64,000 nt of DNA from Nitrospirota bacterium (GTDB taxonomy: Bacteria > Nitrospirota > UBA9217), in NCBI GenBank assembly GCA_963790205.1, contig CAWBNQ010000001.1, positions 352,001 to 416,000 on the forward strand. Direction: 5' to 3'. The notes below the pieces were generated by a model that was given only the letters and a program-made list of their open reading frames with translations, searched no databases and was not told where the DNA came from. Both the position numbers and the translations under genes were made by a program. Of this stretch, positions 46,911-57,378 are shown one piece after another. Every line of letters starts with the position of its first letter. Position 1 is the stretch's first letter.

Positions 46911-48923
46911 ATGGAGAGGAAGACAAACAGAACGGTATTCGCTTTACTTGCCGCGCTGTTATCCGCTGCCCTGCTCGGCGGATGCGGCAGCAGTACGAAT
47001 GAAGGGGTCTTGCCGGCAAGTGGGAACACAGGCGCAGCCACCACGGTGGGCATCAACAACTGCACCACCTGCCACACCGTGCAGACGGCCGACTGGCTCA
47101 CGACCAAGCACGCCAATGCCGTGAACGGCCCCTATAGCGCGGGCTCGCCGTCCTTGGGCGGCAATTATAATGTCAATGTCGCACTATGCGGGCAGTGCCA
47201 CGACCCGAACGGCGACAGCGCCAACATCATTGCCGCGGGCTATATCGGCAGCGTTCCCCGGCCTATCGTGGGGTGCGAAGCGTGTCACGGCGGGGGCAGC
47301 CTGCACAACGGCTCCGGGCCGATATCGCTCCTGTCGAATACGACGGGAACGGTCCTCGGTACGGTCGCGGTCTCGGGACAGTTCGTCATGTGCACGAATT
47401 GCCATGAGCTGCTCGATTCATCGGGAACGACAACGAATCCGAGTCCTGCGCATTTAAGTACGCCGCCTACAGGTTCGCAGTACTTCATCACGGACTCTCA
47501 TTTTGCCGTGGGCGCATTTGATGCGGCAGGCAATTTTACGGCAGGTACAGGCACCACTACCGGCGCCAACATCACCGGCTATGCCATGGATTACAATAGC
47601 CCCACAGTCTGTACGGACTGCCACAACCCTCATGGCACCGCTGATATCAACCGGGACTGGGCCGCATCAAAGCATGCCGACAAACAGGGAAGTGGCAACA
47701 ACGGCGGTCCGTGGGCCAGAGATAACTGGTCCTGTGACGGGACCAGTTCGCTGGCATGCGGGGTAACCACGACACTGATCAATGACCGGCGCTACTGTCA
47801 GCGCTGCCATACGAAGACCGGATTCGCCGCGTATGCCGATGCGATCAGATCCGGTAATACAGCGCTGTTCAAGGCGCTGGATACCGGGATCTACCCTCCA
47901 GGGTTGTCCTCCCCCGTGGCGTACTCACAGACCTGGAAGCCCGAGATGCTGGAGTGCCTGGGCTGCCATACGGATAACCTCGGAAATATGAGGGACCCCG
48001 GCGCTTTCACGGCGACCTATGACTACCGGACCACCGTGGCCGGTGCTCCCTCAGGCTCGCCCAATTTCGTGTACGCACATGCAACGTTCCGATATCCTGA
48101 TCTGGGCGGCGCGAACGTCTGCATCCTCTGCCACAGCGGCAGAACCAATGGCGCCACGATCAAGAACCTGAACACCGATCCGACCTTGTCTACGGCTGAT
48201 TTCAGCAGTTTGAAGGCCGCCGACAGCCACCATTTCCCGGTTGCGGCAATTATGTTCAAGGGGTTGGGATACGAATATGCCGGAAGGGACTATGACAATC
48301 CCTCGTCGTACAAGCATTTCAAGATCGGCACCCCGGCAGTGCCGAACACCGGCACGAACGGTCCCTGCGTGGGCTGCCACATGTTCCGGTCCAACGGACC
48401 CGCCAGCCATTTATTCGAAACCGTGAGTAAGACCGGCAGTACGATCACGGACGTGTCGAGCGAGGTCTGTGTTAATTGCCATGCAGGCTCCAGCACATCG
48501 CTTGCCGCCTTGGTGGATGCGGAGAGACTGGATTTCACCTATGCGCTCAGTATTTTCAGTGCCTTGACCAATTCCACCAATGCCGTGCACCCGCCTCTTA
48601 CGAGCAGCACCATCGACTGGCGTGCGCCAGGAGATACGGACCGAACCGGCAATACGACCGGCAAGAACAACCTCGGCGCTTATTTCAACTTCGCCTCTCT
48701 GAACGGCAACGAGATGGGGGCGTACGTCCATAACAGCAGGTACACGAAGCGATTGATCTATGACTCTCTCGACTGGCTTGACGACGGCGTGCTGAACAAT
48801 TCGGTGGGCACGACCCTATCGGCCTTCTGCAGCAGCGGCGCCGCAACAGCGAACTGTGCGGCGGGGATGACCTATCTTCTGCCGAACGGAGTCAGGCCGG
48901 GCGCGCCTTCGGAACGACCCTAA
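46911..48923 (+). CDS. Decaheme c-type cytochrome lipoprotein (MtrC/OmcA-like position)
   Basis: Lipobox LGGC; ten CxxCH motifs (CTTCH, CGQCH, CEACH, CTNCH, CTDCH, CQRCH, CLGCH, CILCH, CVGCH, CVNCH). Confidence 0.92.
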   Translation: MERKTNRTVFALLAALLSAALLGGCGSSTNEGVLPASGNTGAATTVGINNCTTCHTVQTADWLTTKHANAVNGPYSAGSPSLGGNYNVNVALCGQCHDPNGDSANIIAAGYIGSVPRPIVGCEACHGGGSLHNGSGPISLLSNTTGTVLGTVAVSGQFVMCTNCHELLDSSGTTTNPSPAHLSTPPTGSQYFITDSHFAVGAFDAAGNFTAGTGTTTGANITGYAMDYNSPTVCTDCHNPHGTADINRDWAASKHADKQGSGNNGGPWARDNWSCDGTSSLACGVTTTLINDRRYCQRCHTKTGFAAYADAIRSGNTALFKALDTGIYPPGLSSPVAYSQTWKPEMLECLGCHTDNLGNMRDPGAFTATYDYRTTVAGAPSGSPNFVYAHATFRYPDLGGANVCILCHSGRTNGATIKNLNTDPTLSTADFSSLKAADSHHFPVAAIMFKGLGYEYAGRDYDNPSSYKHFKIGTPAVPNTGTNGPCVGCHMFRSNGPASHLFETVSKTGSTITDVSSEVCVNCHAGSSTSLAALVDAERLDFTYALSIFSALTNSTNAVHPPLTSSTIDWRAPGDTDRTGNTTGKNNLGAYFNFASLNGNEMGAYVHNSRYTKRLIYDSLDWLDDGVLNNSVGTTLSAFCSSGAATANCAAGMTYLLPNGVRPGAPSERP

Positions 48924-48956
48924 CCCACACTTGAGCTAAAGGAGGTTTCATATATT

Positions 48957-49964
48957 ATGGAACGATTTCTGAAATGGAGAACATGGCTCGTGCTCGGCAC
49001 GCTGGGCGCCTTCTTTGCGGCCGGATGCGCGGCGCTCAAGGATTCGCGGCCGATCCTGCCGATCAAGGATTATGAAAAGATGATCGCCGGCCGCCTCGAC
49101 GCGGACTACATCGGCACCGACAACTGCCTCAAGGCATGCCATTTTCATGACAAGATCCGGCGCGATTTCGACCTCTCGACCATGGGCGCGCAGCTCTCGC
49201 GTGAATCGGGACTGCCGCTCGTCAATTGCGAGAGCTGCCACGGGCCGGGGAGCCTCGCTGTCGACCTGCTGACGCCGGAGCGGCTCGCCGCCGATGCGAA
49301 AGCCGGGAGACGGTCGGCGTGCGACTTCAAGACCTTCATCGACATCAAGAACCTTCCGGCGCAGGCGCGGTCGCTCATCTGCCTCAAGTGTCACTCGGCC
49401 AATGCCACGTTCAACCTGCACAACTGGAACGCGGGCACTCATAACCTTGCCGACGTGTCCTGCTCCGACTGCCACCGGATCCACGGGGGGCACAATCTGA
49501 AGGTCAAGCTCAGGGACACCGCGGAGATGTGCGAGCGCTGCCACCAGCAGGTGAAAGCGGCCTTCACCCTGCCGTACCACCACCCGGTGCCGGAGAAGAA
49601 GGTCTTCTGCACCGACTGCCACGATCCGCACGGCGGCCAGGAAAAATGCCTGAGGAGGGAGACGATAAAGGCGACCTGCACCCAGTGCCATGCGGAAAAA
49701 GAAGGCCCCTTTATCTACGAGCACGCGGACGTAACCGAGGACTGCAGCGCGTGCCACACGCCGCACGGGTCGGTGAACAACAACCTGCTCACCCTTCGCG
49801 AGCCGTTCCTCTGCCTGCAGTGTCACCCAACGCACTCGAGCAGTATCAGCATGACGACGGCGGACCAAAAGCGCGCTTTCTACACGCGGTGCACGGACTG
49901 CCATTCACAGATCCACGGTTCCGACCAGCCGTCAGCGAGCGGCAAAGGCAACTTCATACAATAG
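48957..49964 (+). CDS. DmsE/MtrA-family decaheme cytochrome c (lipoprotein-type signal)
   Basis: Nine CxxCH plus one CxxxCH (CLKACH); family motifs EKEGPFIYEH, CHTPHGS and CHSQIHGS. Confidence 0.92.
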   Translation: MERFLKWRTWLVLGTLGAFFAAGCAALKDSRPILPIKDYEKMIAGRLDADYIGTDNCLKACHFHDKIRRDFDLSTMGAQLSRESGLPLVNCESCHGPGSLAVDLLTPERLAADAKAGRRSACDFKTFIDIKNLPAQARSLICLKCHSANATFNLHNWNAGTHNLADVSCSDCHRIHGGHNLKVKLRDTAEMCERCHQQVKAAFTLPYHHPVPEKKVFCTDCHDPHGGQEKCLRRETIKATCTQCHAEKEGPFIYEHADVTEDCSACHTPHGSVNNNLLTLREPFLCLQCHPTHSSSISMTTADQKRAFYTRCTDCHSQIHGSDQPSASGKGNFIQ

Positions 49965-49977
49965 AGGAGGCTCGAAG

Positions 49978-51882
49978 ATGAAAAAGACCATTCTTACACT
50001 TATTGTATTCATGCTCTGGGCCTCCCTGGCGGCCGCGGAGCAGGCCGCGAGCGACAACACGGCGGAGGCCCAGTCAACGGAAGCTCTCGGCGCCGATTTC
50101 GAAGGCCGCGTGGGTGCGGGCTACCGCTGGATTACGCAGAGCGGCAATCCCATCGCCGGCGAGTATGACTTTATCAAGTCTTCCGCCACGGGCGCCCTGG
50201 ACCTCGAGTACGATCCGCTTCCGCACCGTTTTGTGCTCGAATCCTATTTTTTGAACAACAAAGATTATTTCGGGGAGATGGATTACGCATACCGGGACGT
50301 CGTACTCTTCGATATGTATACCCGCGGGCTGTTCCATAACCTGGGCCATTACAGCTTCGGTCCCCCTTCGACGACGCCCGGAGTGAGCTTTACCGACAAG
50401 GACCCGGGGGCCGAGTACGGCATCGAGAACCAGCTGCGCAGGGCGTTCATTCGCTTCAAGACCCCTGACTTTCCTTTCCATCTCTATGCAGAGGTCATAA
50501 CGGTCGACCGGGAAGGCGAGATCCAACAGCGCTTCCTGCGCGAATTTTCCTCGGGGATTGACATGGTGTCGCAGTCCCGGGACATCGACTGGAACACGCA
50601 GCAGGTCCGCGTGGGCGCGAACAGCCACCTGGGGCCGGTTGAAGTAGACTATAGCCACATGGAAAAGAAATTCGAACCGCTCACGAGCCAGGAGCTTTTC
50701 GACGTCTATCCTCCCTCCACCACGCCGATACCTCACAACCTCACTCCCGAGCTCAAATCCTCGTCGGACACGGTGAAGCTCCATACCTCCTATTCGGGCA
50801 GGCTGGTGCTGGCGGGCACGTATACGAACGGGGACAAAAAGAACGAGGACAGCGGGGCGAAAGTGAATTTTTGGAACTCGGCTGGAGATATCACTTTTAT
50901 GCCGGTGACCAGTGTGATCATGGCCGTCAAATACCGGCACTACAATACCGACGCAAGCAACCCGGGCGCGGTGAATAACGTGACCCCGTTCGGCACGACG
51001 GTTGTCACTGTCCGGGACTCAATCTCTTCGTCAAGGGACGTTGTAACCGGCACGCTCCGGTACCGGGCGACCGACCGGCTGACGCTCAACGGGGAGTATG
51101 TGGAGGATACTACCGATCGTGCAAACGCCGAGGTTTTTTGGGACGTGCCGGAGAAGACCACGAAGGGAACGGCAAAACTCGGGCTCACCTACCGCGTCAT
51201 GAACAAGGTCACCCTCCGGGCGGACTACAGCCGGACCACGGTGGACAACCCTGCCTATGACACGGACCCCGACAAGGCGCAATCCGCCCGCGCGTCCATA
51301 ACGTGGGTGCCGACGCCCCGGTTCAACACCCTGCTCAGCTACAGCGCGGTGCGTGAGTCGCGGGACCTCCTGGGCGCGCCGCTGGGCGGGGGCAGCAGAG
51401 AAGCGTCGCGCGATCAGGGGCTGGCCAGCTTTACCGTGCTGATGAGCAACCGGTCATCGATAACGATAAGCTATGCCTACTTTAAAAACAAGGTCGACCA
51501 GACGGTCTCCCTTGACAGCGGATCCGGGCCTTTCGCCCTCGACTCGGGCGTTCCTTACGACGATATCTCCCACGTGGGATCGATCGTTCTCGCCGTGGCG
51601 CCGGTTGACGGGGTCAATCTTACCGCATCGGGAAGCAGGAGCTATTCGCGCGGCAATTTCAACCTCGCGGGGGCCGGCCCGGTGACCAATGTGGCGGGTA
51701 TTGCGGAGTTGTCGGACATGAAGGTCATCGACAGCACCTATGCGGCAGGCATCGAGATGCAGCACAGCAGATACGTGGGCAGCGAACTGACGTACCAGTT
51801 CCGGCGGTATGAAGACCAATTGGACAATACTCTGGACGGCACGGTGAAGACGGTGCTGGCCACCCTGTCCATGAAGTGGTAG
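49978..51882 (+). CDS. MtrB/PioB-like outer-membrane beta-barrel
   Basis: Signal peptide, alternating amphipathic beta-strands, terminal aromatic residue (LSMKW), directly downstream of the MtrA-like gene. Confidence 0.85.
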   Translation: MKKTILTLIVFMLWASLAAAEQAASDNTAEAQSTEALGADFEGRVGAGYRWITQSGNPIAGEYDFIKSSATGALDLEYDPLPHRFVLESYFLNNKDYFGEMDYAYRDVVLFDMYTRGLFHNLGHYSFGPPSTTPGVSFTDKDPGAEYGIENQLRRAFIRFKTPDFPFHLYAEVITVDREGEIQQRFLREFSSGIDMVSQSRDIDWNTQQVRVGANSHLGPVEVDYSHMEKKFEPLTSQELFDVYPPSTTPIPHNLTPELKSSSDTVKLHTSYSGRLVLAGTYTNGDKKNEDSGAKVNFWNSAGDITFMPVTSVIMAVKYRHYNTDASNPGAVNNVTPFGTTVVTVRDSISSSRDVVTGTLRYRATDRLTLNGEYVEDTTDRANAEVFWDVPEKTTKGTAKLGLTYRVMNKVTLRADYSRTTVDNPAYDTDPDKAQSARASITWVPTPRFNTLLSYSAVRESRDLLGAPLGGGSREASRDQGLASFTVLMSNRSSITISYAYFKNKVDQTVSLDSGSGPFALDSGVPYDDISHVGSIVLAVAPVDGVNLTASGSRSYSRGNFNLAGAGPVTNVAGIAELSDMKVIDSTYAAGIEMQHSRYVGSELTYQFRRYEDQLDNTLDGTVKTVLATLSMKW

Positions 51883-51890
51883 CGGGAGGA

Positions 51891-52820
51891 ATGATGAGAC
51901 GATTAAGCTGGTTACTGTTTGCCGCACTGGCGCTCAGCGCCACGGCGGCGGCCGCCGCGGACAAGACCGTGGGCGTCATCCTGTCCGGGAACATCACATA
52001 CTACCAGGAGATCCAAAAGGCCTTTGCCGTCACGCTGGTCAAAGAGGGGTTCGACCATAGCAAGGTCGACACCCTGCTCCAGATGCCGTCGCCCGACCCC
52101 CTCTCCTGGACCAACGCCGCCCGTAAACTGGTGGTGGCCGATGTCAACGTGCTGGTGACCTACGGCGCGGCCTCCGCGCTGGCGGCCAGCAGGGAGACCA
52201 AGAGCATCCCGATCGTGTTCGCCGGCGTCTATGATCCCGCAGCCATCGGGGTGGCGGCCCGCAACATTGCCGGCATAAGCTCCAAGGTGCCGCTCACGAG
52301 CCTGCTCCGGTATTTGCGCAAGCTGATGCCGTTTACCCGGCTTGCCGTGGTCTACAACGAATCCGAAGCCGATTCGGTCCGCCAGGTGGAGGAACTGACC
52401 CAGCTTGAGAGCCAGTACGGCTTTCAGACCGTGCGGATGCCGATCAGGAAGGTCGATGACGCCCGCAGGCTTGTTTTTGCGGGAAAGGCGGACGCCGTAT
52501 TTATTACCGTGAGCGCCGCTGCGAACGAGGCCCTCGATACGATCATTAAAACCGCAAACGGGGCCAGGATCCCGGCCGTAAGCCAGACCGGCGGGACCGC
52601 CGAGAAGGGCGTCATCCTGAGCCTTGCACCAAGCCCGATCGAGCAGGGCGAAACGGCCGCGCGGATCGCTGCGAAGCTGCTCAGAGGCGCTAGTCCGTCC
52701 AGCATACCCTCCGAGGTCCCCAAGCTGGTCGAGCTGGTGCTGAACCTCAAAGAGGCGAACGCCCTGGGCCTGAAGGTGCCCATGGACCTGATCACGGACG
52801 CGACAAGGGTGATCAAATGA
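51891..52820 (+). CDS. Periplasmic substrate-binding protein (ABC_sub_bind/COG2984-like)
   Basis: Signal peptide; [12 protein letters not shown]...[24 protein letters not shown] overlap with the MCP gene. Confidence 0.88.
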   Translation: MMRRLSWLLFAALALSATAAAAADKTVGVILSGNITYYQEIQKAFAVTLVKEGFDHSKVDTLLQMPSPDPLSWTNAARKLVVADVNVLVTYGAASALAASRETKSIPIVFAGVYDPAAIGVAARNIAGISSKVPLTSLLRYLRKLMPFTRLAVVYNESEADSVRQVEELTQLESQYGFQTVRMPIRKVDDARRLVFAGKADAVFITVSAAANEALDTIIKTANGARIPAVSQTGGTAEKGVILSLAPSPIEQGETAARIAAKLLRGASPSSIPSEVPKLVELVLNLKEANALGLKVPMDLITDATRVIK

Positions 52821-54910
52821 GCATACTATCAAAAATGAGCTTAAAGACACAGGCGATGATCGCCACGGCCGGTATTCTTCTCCTGGTGCTCACGTTCAAT
52901 ACGCTTACCACGATCTATGTGACGACGGGCAAATACCGGGAAGCGCTCATCGCGAGAACGACCGTGCTTGCGGACGGGATCAAGAAGGACATCAACAAGG
53001 CGATCGGGTTTGGGCTCCCCCTGAACGCGCTCGAAGGCATGGGAGACAAGCTGCGCGCGTTGACCGAAGAAGACAAGGACATCTCGCGCGCCCTGGTCAT
53101 GGACACGGACGGCAAGGTGCTCTATACCAGCGACAAGGCGCTCGAGAACGCGGTCTTGAGCGATACGGCGAGCAAAGATGCGCTGGCGGCGACCAGCCCC
53201 ATGGTCCAAACCTATTCCGACGCGGCCGGGGGGCATATTGAAAAGGTCTTGCCGATTACGAGCCTCGACGGCAAAAAGCTTGGCGTGTTTCGCATCGCGC
53301 TGAACGAGAGCGCCGTCAACCGGCAGATCCGGAGCCTTCTTCTCTGGTCGCTCCTGGTCGCGCTGATAAGCTTTGTGGTCGCCACCGCCCTCGTCTATCT
53401 TTTCGTGCACAGCGAGATCACGAAGCCGCTCGCCCAGATGTCGACGACCGCTGCCGGCATGGCTGCCGGCGATCTCTCCCACGAGATCACCGTTACCGGC
53501 GAGACGGAGATCGCTATCCTGGGGGCCGCCATTAATACCATGTCGTCAAACCTGCGGGAGATGCTCGGCAAGATCAAACAGACCGGGGCGAGCCTCGGCG
53601 AGGCCATGACGCTGATGGGAAACGCCACGCTCAAGATGAGCCAGGGCGCCCGGGTCCAGCAGGAGGCAACGGAACAGACGGCGATGACCGTGAGCGAGAT
53701 GACCGCCTCCATCAAGGGCGTTGCCGAAAACGCCGAAGAGATGTCCCACGCCGCCACCGAAGCCTCGTCCTCGGCCTCGGAGATGGCGTCGTCGATCGAA
53801 GAGGTGGCCCGCAACGCCGGCGCGCTCTCGACGGCGGCCGAAGATACGGCGGCCTCCATCGAGCAGATGCTCGCGTCCATCAAGCAGGTGTCCGAAAACA
53901 CGGAGGCGCTCTCCGCGTCGGCGGAGCAGACCTCTTCGTCGATTACGGAGATGAGCGCCTCGGTGAAGGAAGTGGAGCAGCGGGCGCTCGATGCGGCGCG
54001 TTTGGCGGAAAAGGTTTCCGCCGATGCATCGGACCGGGGCATGGCCGCGTCACGCGAGGCGATCAAGGGCATGCAAAACATTAAGGAGGCCGTCGAGGCC
54101 ACGGCTGACGTCGTAAACCGGCTGGGGAAACGCTCCCAGGAGATCGGCCAGATCCTCAAGGTCATCGACGAGGTGACGGACCAGACGAGCCTGCTTGCGC
54201 TGAACGCGGCCATTCTCGCGGCCCAGGCCGGCGAACACGGCAAGGGCTTTGCGGTGGTCGCGGAGGAGATCAAGGAGCTGGCCGAGCGGACCGCGGCGTC
54301 CACGCAGGAGATCTCGGGCCTGATCGTTGCCGTGCGTGAAGAGACCGAACAGAGCGTGCAGGCCATGGCCCGGGGGCTCAAGGCCGTCGAGGCCGGCTCA
54401 TCCCTCGTGAATGTGACGAGCGAGGTGCTTGAACAGGTGGCGGACAGCTCCCGCCAGTCCGTGGACATGGCGCGCGCTATCGAGAAAACCACGGCGGAAC
54501 AGGCCAGGGGCGTGGCCCAGATCAAGGAGGCGTCAGTCAGCATTGCCAACCAGATCGAGCAGATCGCCCGGGCCATGCAGGAACAGCGCCGCGGCAGTGA
54601 ACGGATCGGGCAGGCCGCGGAGCGGATGCGCGATATCACCAGGCAGGTCAAGACGTCGACGCATGAGCAGACCTCGGGGGGAAGGCAGATTGCCAAGGCC
54701 GTTGAGTCCGTGAAGGTGCAGGCGGCCCAGATAGCCCGCTCCACGTCGGAGCAGAGTGTCGGCGCGCAGCATATCAGCGACGCAGTGAGCAAGATCCAGA
54801 AGATCACCCAGGAGGTCGTCGACGTGTCCGTCGAAATGGATATAACGGTCCAGACCCTCAAGACCCGCGCCGATGCGCTCCAGGCGGAACTTGAGGGCTT
54901 TAAGGTTTAA
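52817..54910 (+). CDS. Transmembrane methyl-accepting chemotaxis protein (long cytoplasmic domain)
   Basis: Two TM segments, [32 protein letters not shown]. Confidence 0.95.
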   Translation: MSILSKMSLKTQAMIATAGILLLVLTFNTLTTIYVTTGKYREALIARTTVLADGIKKDINKAIGFGLPLNALEGMGDKLRALTEEDKDISRALVMDTDGKVLYTSDKALENAVLSDTASKDALAATSPMVQTYSDAAGGHIEKVLPITSLDGKKLGVFRIALNESAVNRQIRSLLLWSLLVALISFVVATALVYLFVHSEITKPLAQMSTTAAGMAAGDLSHEITVTGETEIAILGAAINTMSSNLREMLGKIKQTGASLGEAMTLMGNATLKMSQGARVQQEATEQTAMTVSEMTASIKGVAENAEEMSHAATEASSSASEMASSIEEVARNAGALSTAAEDTAASIEQMLASIKQVSENTEALSASAEQTSSSITEMSASVKEVEQRALDAARLAEKVSADASDRGMAASREAIKGMQNIKEAVEATADVVNRLGKRSQEIGQILKVIDEVTDQTSLLALNAAILAAQAGEHGKGFAVVAEEIKELAERTAASTQEISGLIVAVREETEQSVQAMARGLKAVEAGSSLVNVTSEVLEQVADSSRQSVDMARAIEKTTAEQARGVAQIKEASVSIANQIEQIARAMQEQRRGSERIGQAAERMRDITRQVKTSTHEQTSGGRQIAKAVESVKVQAAQIARSTSEQSVGAQHISDAVSKIQKITQEVVDVSVEMDITVQTLKTRADALQAELEGFKV

Positions 54911-54932
54911 GGGAATTGTAAAGAGTCAAGAT

Positions 54933-55141
54933 CCACCACGGAGATTCACCCCGTTAGAGATGAAGAGTCCTGGCGGGGCAGGCGGAGAGACAGAGAAAAG
55001 AGGAAATCCTAAATCCGAAGCTCGAAATCCTAAACAGTATCAAATATCAAATTTGAACATTTGAGTTTCGCACTTGTTTCGGATTTAGCAATTCGTGCTT
55101 AGAATTTACCCCCTCCGCCGTGCTTTCCGTGATTCTGAGGT
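54933..55141. repeat. Nested intergenic repeats: heptamer element (55004-55107) inside 9-mer-type arms
   Basis: aaatcct aaatccg aagctcg aaatcct ... ttcggat ttagcaa ttcgtgc ttagaat tt, flanked by ccaccacggaga / ggagagacagaga and ctccgccgtgctttccgtgattctgagg. Confidence 0.75.
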
Positions 55142-55175
55142 TCAATCAGCTTTTTTGTTCGGGCTAGGAGGTCAC

Positions 55176-57200
55176 GTGCGAATCGGCATAAGACAGAGAC
55201 TCGTTTTCCTCATCTTCTTCGGACTCTTTGCCACCATGAGCCTTATCGGGACGTATCGATATTTCATGGAGAAGCGCGCCATCATGGCCGACACCGGCAA
55301 CCACGGCGAAGAGACCGGCAAGCTCATGGCCGAGCTCGCAGCACCGCTCTTGCAGACGTCGGATTTCGGCGGGCTTAACTACATGGCCCAGAATTTCATG
55401 CATACCCCCGATGCGCAGGAAGTGACGATCACCGACGCCGGGGGAAGGCAGCTCGTGCGGGCCGCCAAGCCCTCGCTCACGGAGAAGCGCATTTTCGCGG
55501 GGCCCTTTCCCGTCCTTTCCGACCAGACCAAGCTTGGCGAAATCAGGGTCGCGGTGTACCCGGCCGATCTTGACAAGAGGCTCAGGGCCTACGCAGTCAG
55601 CACCCTTCTGGAGCACCTCTTTATTTTTGTCATCCTTGCCGTTCTGCTCACCGTTTCGGTCTCCCGCACCATCACGCGACCGGTCCAGGAACTGGGAGCG
55701 GCGCTCAAGGACGTAATAGACCGCAAGGACTTTACCCGGCGCGTCGATGCCGGCCGAAATGACGAACTAGGCGCCCTTGCCGCCGGCGTGAACTACCTGC
55801 TGTCGCGTCTCGAACAGTTCGTCATCGATATGAGCGCCATCGCCGCGCGGATCAACGAGCTGAGCCCGCGGATCGCGGCCGGCACCCTCGAGGTGAAGCA
55901 GAACGCCGAAGTCGAGGCGACGGCCGTAGTGACCGTTACCGCGTCGGTCGAGAAGATATCCTCCTCCATCCAGTCCGTGGCCGAGAGCGCCGAGAGCCTG
56001 TCCACATCGGCGGAAGAGACGTCGTCCGCGATCCTCGAAATGAACGCCTCAAATACGGAAGTGGCGCGCCACACCGGGGAATTGACGGGCTCCGTCGAAG
56101 AGGTCACGACATCGGTCATGGAAATGATCGCCGCCATCCGCGAGGTGGCGGGCCACGTGGAGAGCCTGTCGTCCGCCGCCGAGGAGACCTCAGCCTCGGC
56201 GATCCAGATCGAAGCCACGGTCCGGGAGGTGGAACGCGCGGCACAGGAATCAGCGAAGCTTTCCCAGCAGGTTTCCCGCGAGGCCCGCGACATCGGTGTT
56301 ACGTCCATCCGGGAAACCACGAACGCGGTGGGAAGGATCAAGGAATCCGTCGAACGCTACTCCAGCCTCGTAACGCGGCTCGGCAAGCGCTCGGAGGAGA
56401 TCGGCAAAATCCTCGGCGTGATCGTTGAGGTGACGGAGCGTACGAACTTGCTGGCGCTGAACGCCTCCATCCTCGCGGCGCAGGCCGGCGAACATGGAAA
56501 AGGGTTTGCGGTCGTGGCCGAGGAGATCAAGGCCCTTGCCGACCGGACCGCCGGCTCGGCCCAGGACATCGCCAAACTTATTGCCGCGGTCCAGAAGGAG
56601 ACCAAAGAGGCAGTGGCGGCCATGACCGACAGCCTGACCGCCGTGGAAGAAGGCGTCAGCCGCTCCCAGGACGCCGGCGCGGCGCTTGATAAGATCCTGG
56701 CCAGCTCGGGACGCTCGGCCGAAACGGCAAACATGATCGAGCGGGCCATGGGGGAGCAGTCCCGCGGGATCAAACAGGTAAGCGAGGCCGTTGGAAACGT
56801 GAAGCAAATGATGAACCAGATCGCGACGGCCACGCAGGCCCAGAGCAAGGGCTCGGAGATGATCCTCACCGCCGCGGAGGGCATGCGCGACATCGCGCGA
56901 CAAGTGAAAAACGCAATGACGGAACAAGGGCGGGGGGGCAAGCAGATCGCCGAAGCGGCTGAGAACGTGACCGCGCGGGCCGGAACGATCGCTGCCGGCA
57001 CGAGGGAGCAGCGCCAGGTCAGCCGCCAGATCCTCGAGTCCATGGAGCGGATACAGGACATTCCCCGTCAGAACATGAAGCAGATGGAAGGTTTGGCAAC
57101 AGCGGTCGCAACGCTCGGCGAGCAGGTGCAGTTGCTGAACGAAGAGCTCGTGACCATGACGGTAAGAAAGACGTCGTCCGGCGGCGAGCAGGTGTCCTGA
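55176..57200 (+). CDS. Transmembrane methyl-accepting chemotaxis protein (long cytoplasmic domain)
   Basis: GTG start after GGAGG; two TM segments, [32 protein letters not shown]. Confidence 0.95.
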   Translation: MRIGIRQRLVFLIFFGLFATMSLIGTYRYFMEKRAIMADTGNHGEETGKLMAELAAPLLQTSDFGGLNYMAQNFMHTPDAQEVTITDAGGRQLVRAAKPSLTEKRIFAGPFPVLSDQTKLGEIRVAVYPADLDKRLRAYAVSTLLEHLFIFVILAVLLTVSVSRTITRPVQELGAALKDVIDRKDFTRRVDAGRNDELGALAAGVNYLLSRLEQFVIDMSAIAARINELSPRIAAGTLEVKQNAEVEATAVVTVTASVEKISSSIQSVAESAESLSTSAEETSSAILEMNASNTEVARHTGELTGSVEEVTTSVMEMIAAIREVAGHVESLSSAAEETSASAIQIEATVREVERAAQESAKLSQQVSREARDIGVTSIRETTNAVGRIKESVERYSSLVTRLGKRSEEIGKILGVIVEVTERTNLLALNASILAAQAGEHGKGFAVVAEEIKALADRTAGSAQDIAKLIAAVQKETKEAVAAMTDSLTAVEEGVSRSQDAGAALDKILASSGRSAETANMIERAMGEQSRGIKQVSEAVGNVKQMMNQIATATQAQSKGSEMILTAAEGMRDIARQVKNAMTEQGRGGKQIAEAAENVTARAGTIAAGTREQRQVSRQILESMERIQDIPRQNMKQMEGLATAVATLGEQVQLLNEELVTMTVRKTSSGGEQVS

Positions 57201-57378
57201 GAACAATCCTCCGGTGTCCGAACAGTCTCGCGAAGCAGGCGGGAAAAAGTGACGGCGGAAGGGGAACAAATTCGGCGGGCAGGGTGATCCCACGCGGAGC
57301 GCCTCTCGCGGCCATGAGGAGTCCAAGGGTGCCTTTCCAGACGGTTGACGGCAGTCGCAGGTTGTTGAGGAGATTTTC

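Noticed and set aside
46911..51882. Selenocysteine or stop-codon readthrough in the cytochrome/porin genes
   Set aside because: All three frames are open and complete, with no in-frame TGA that needs recoding.
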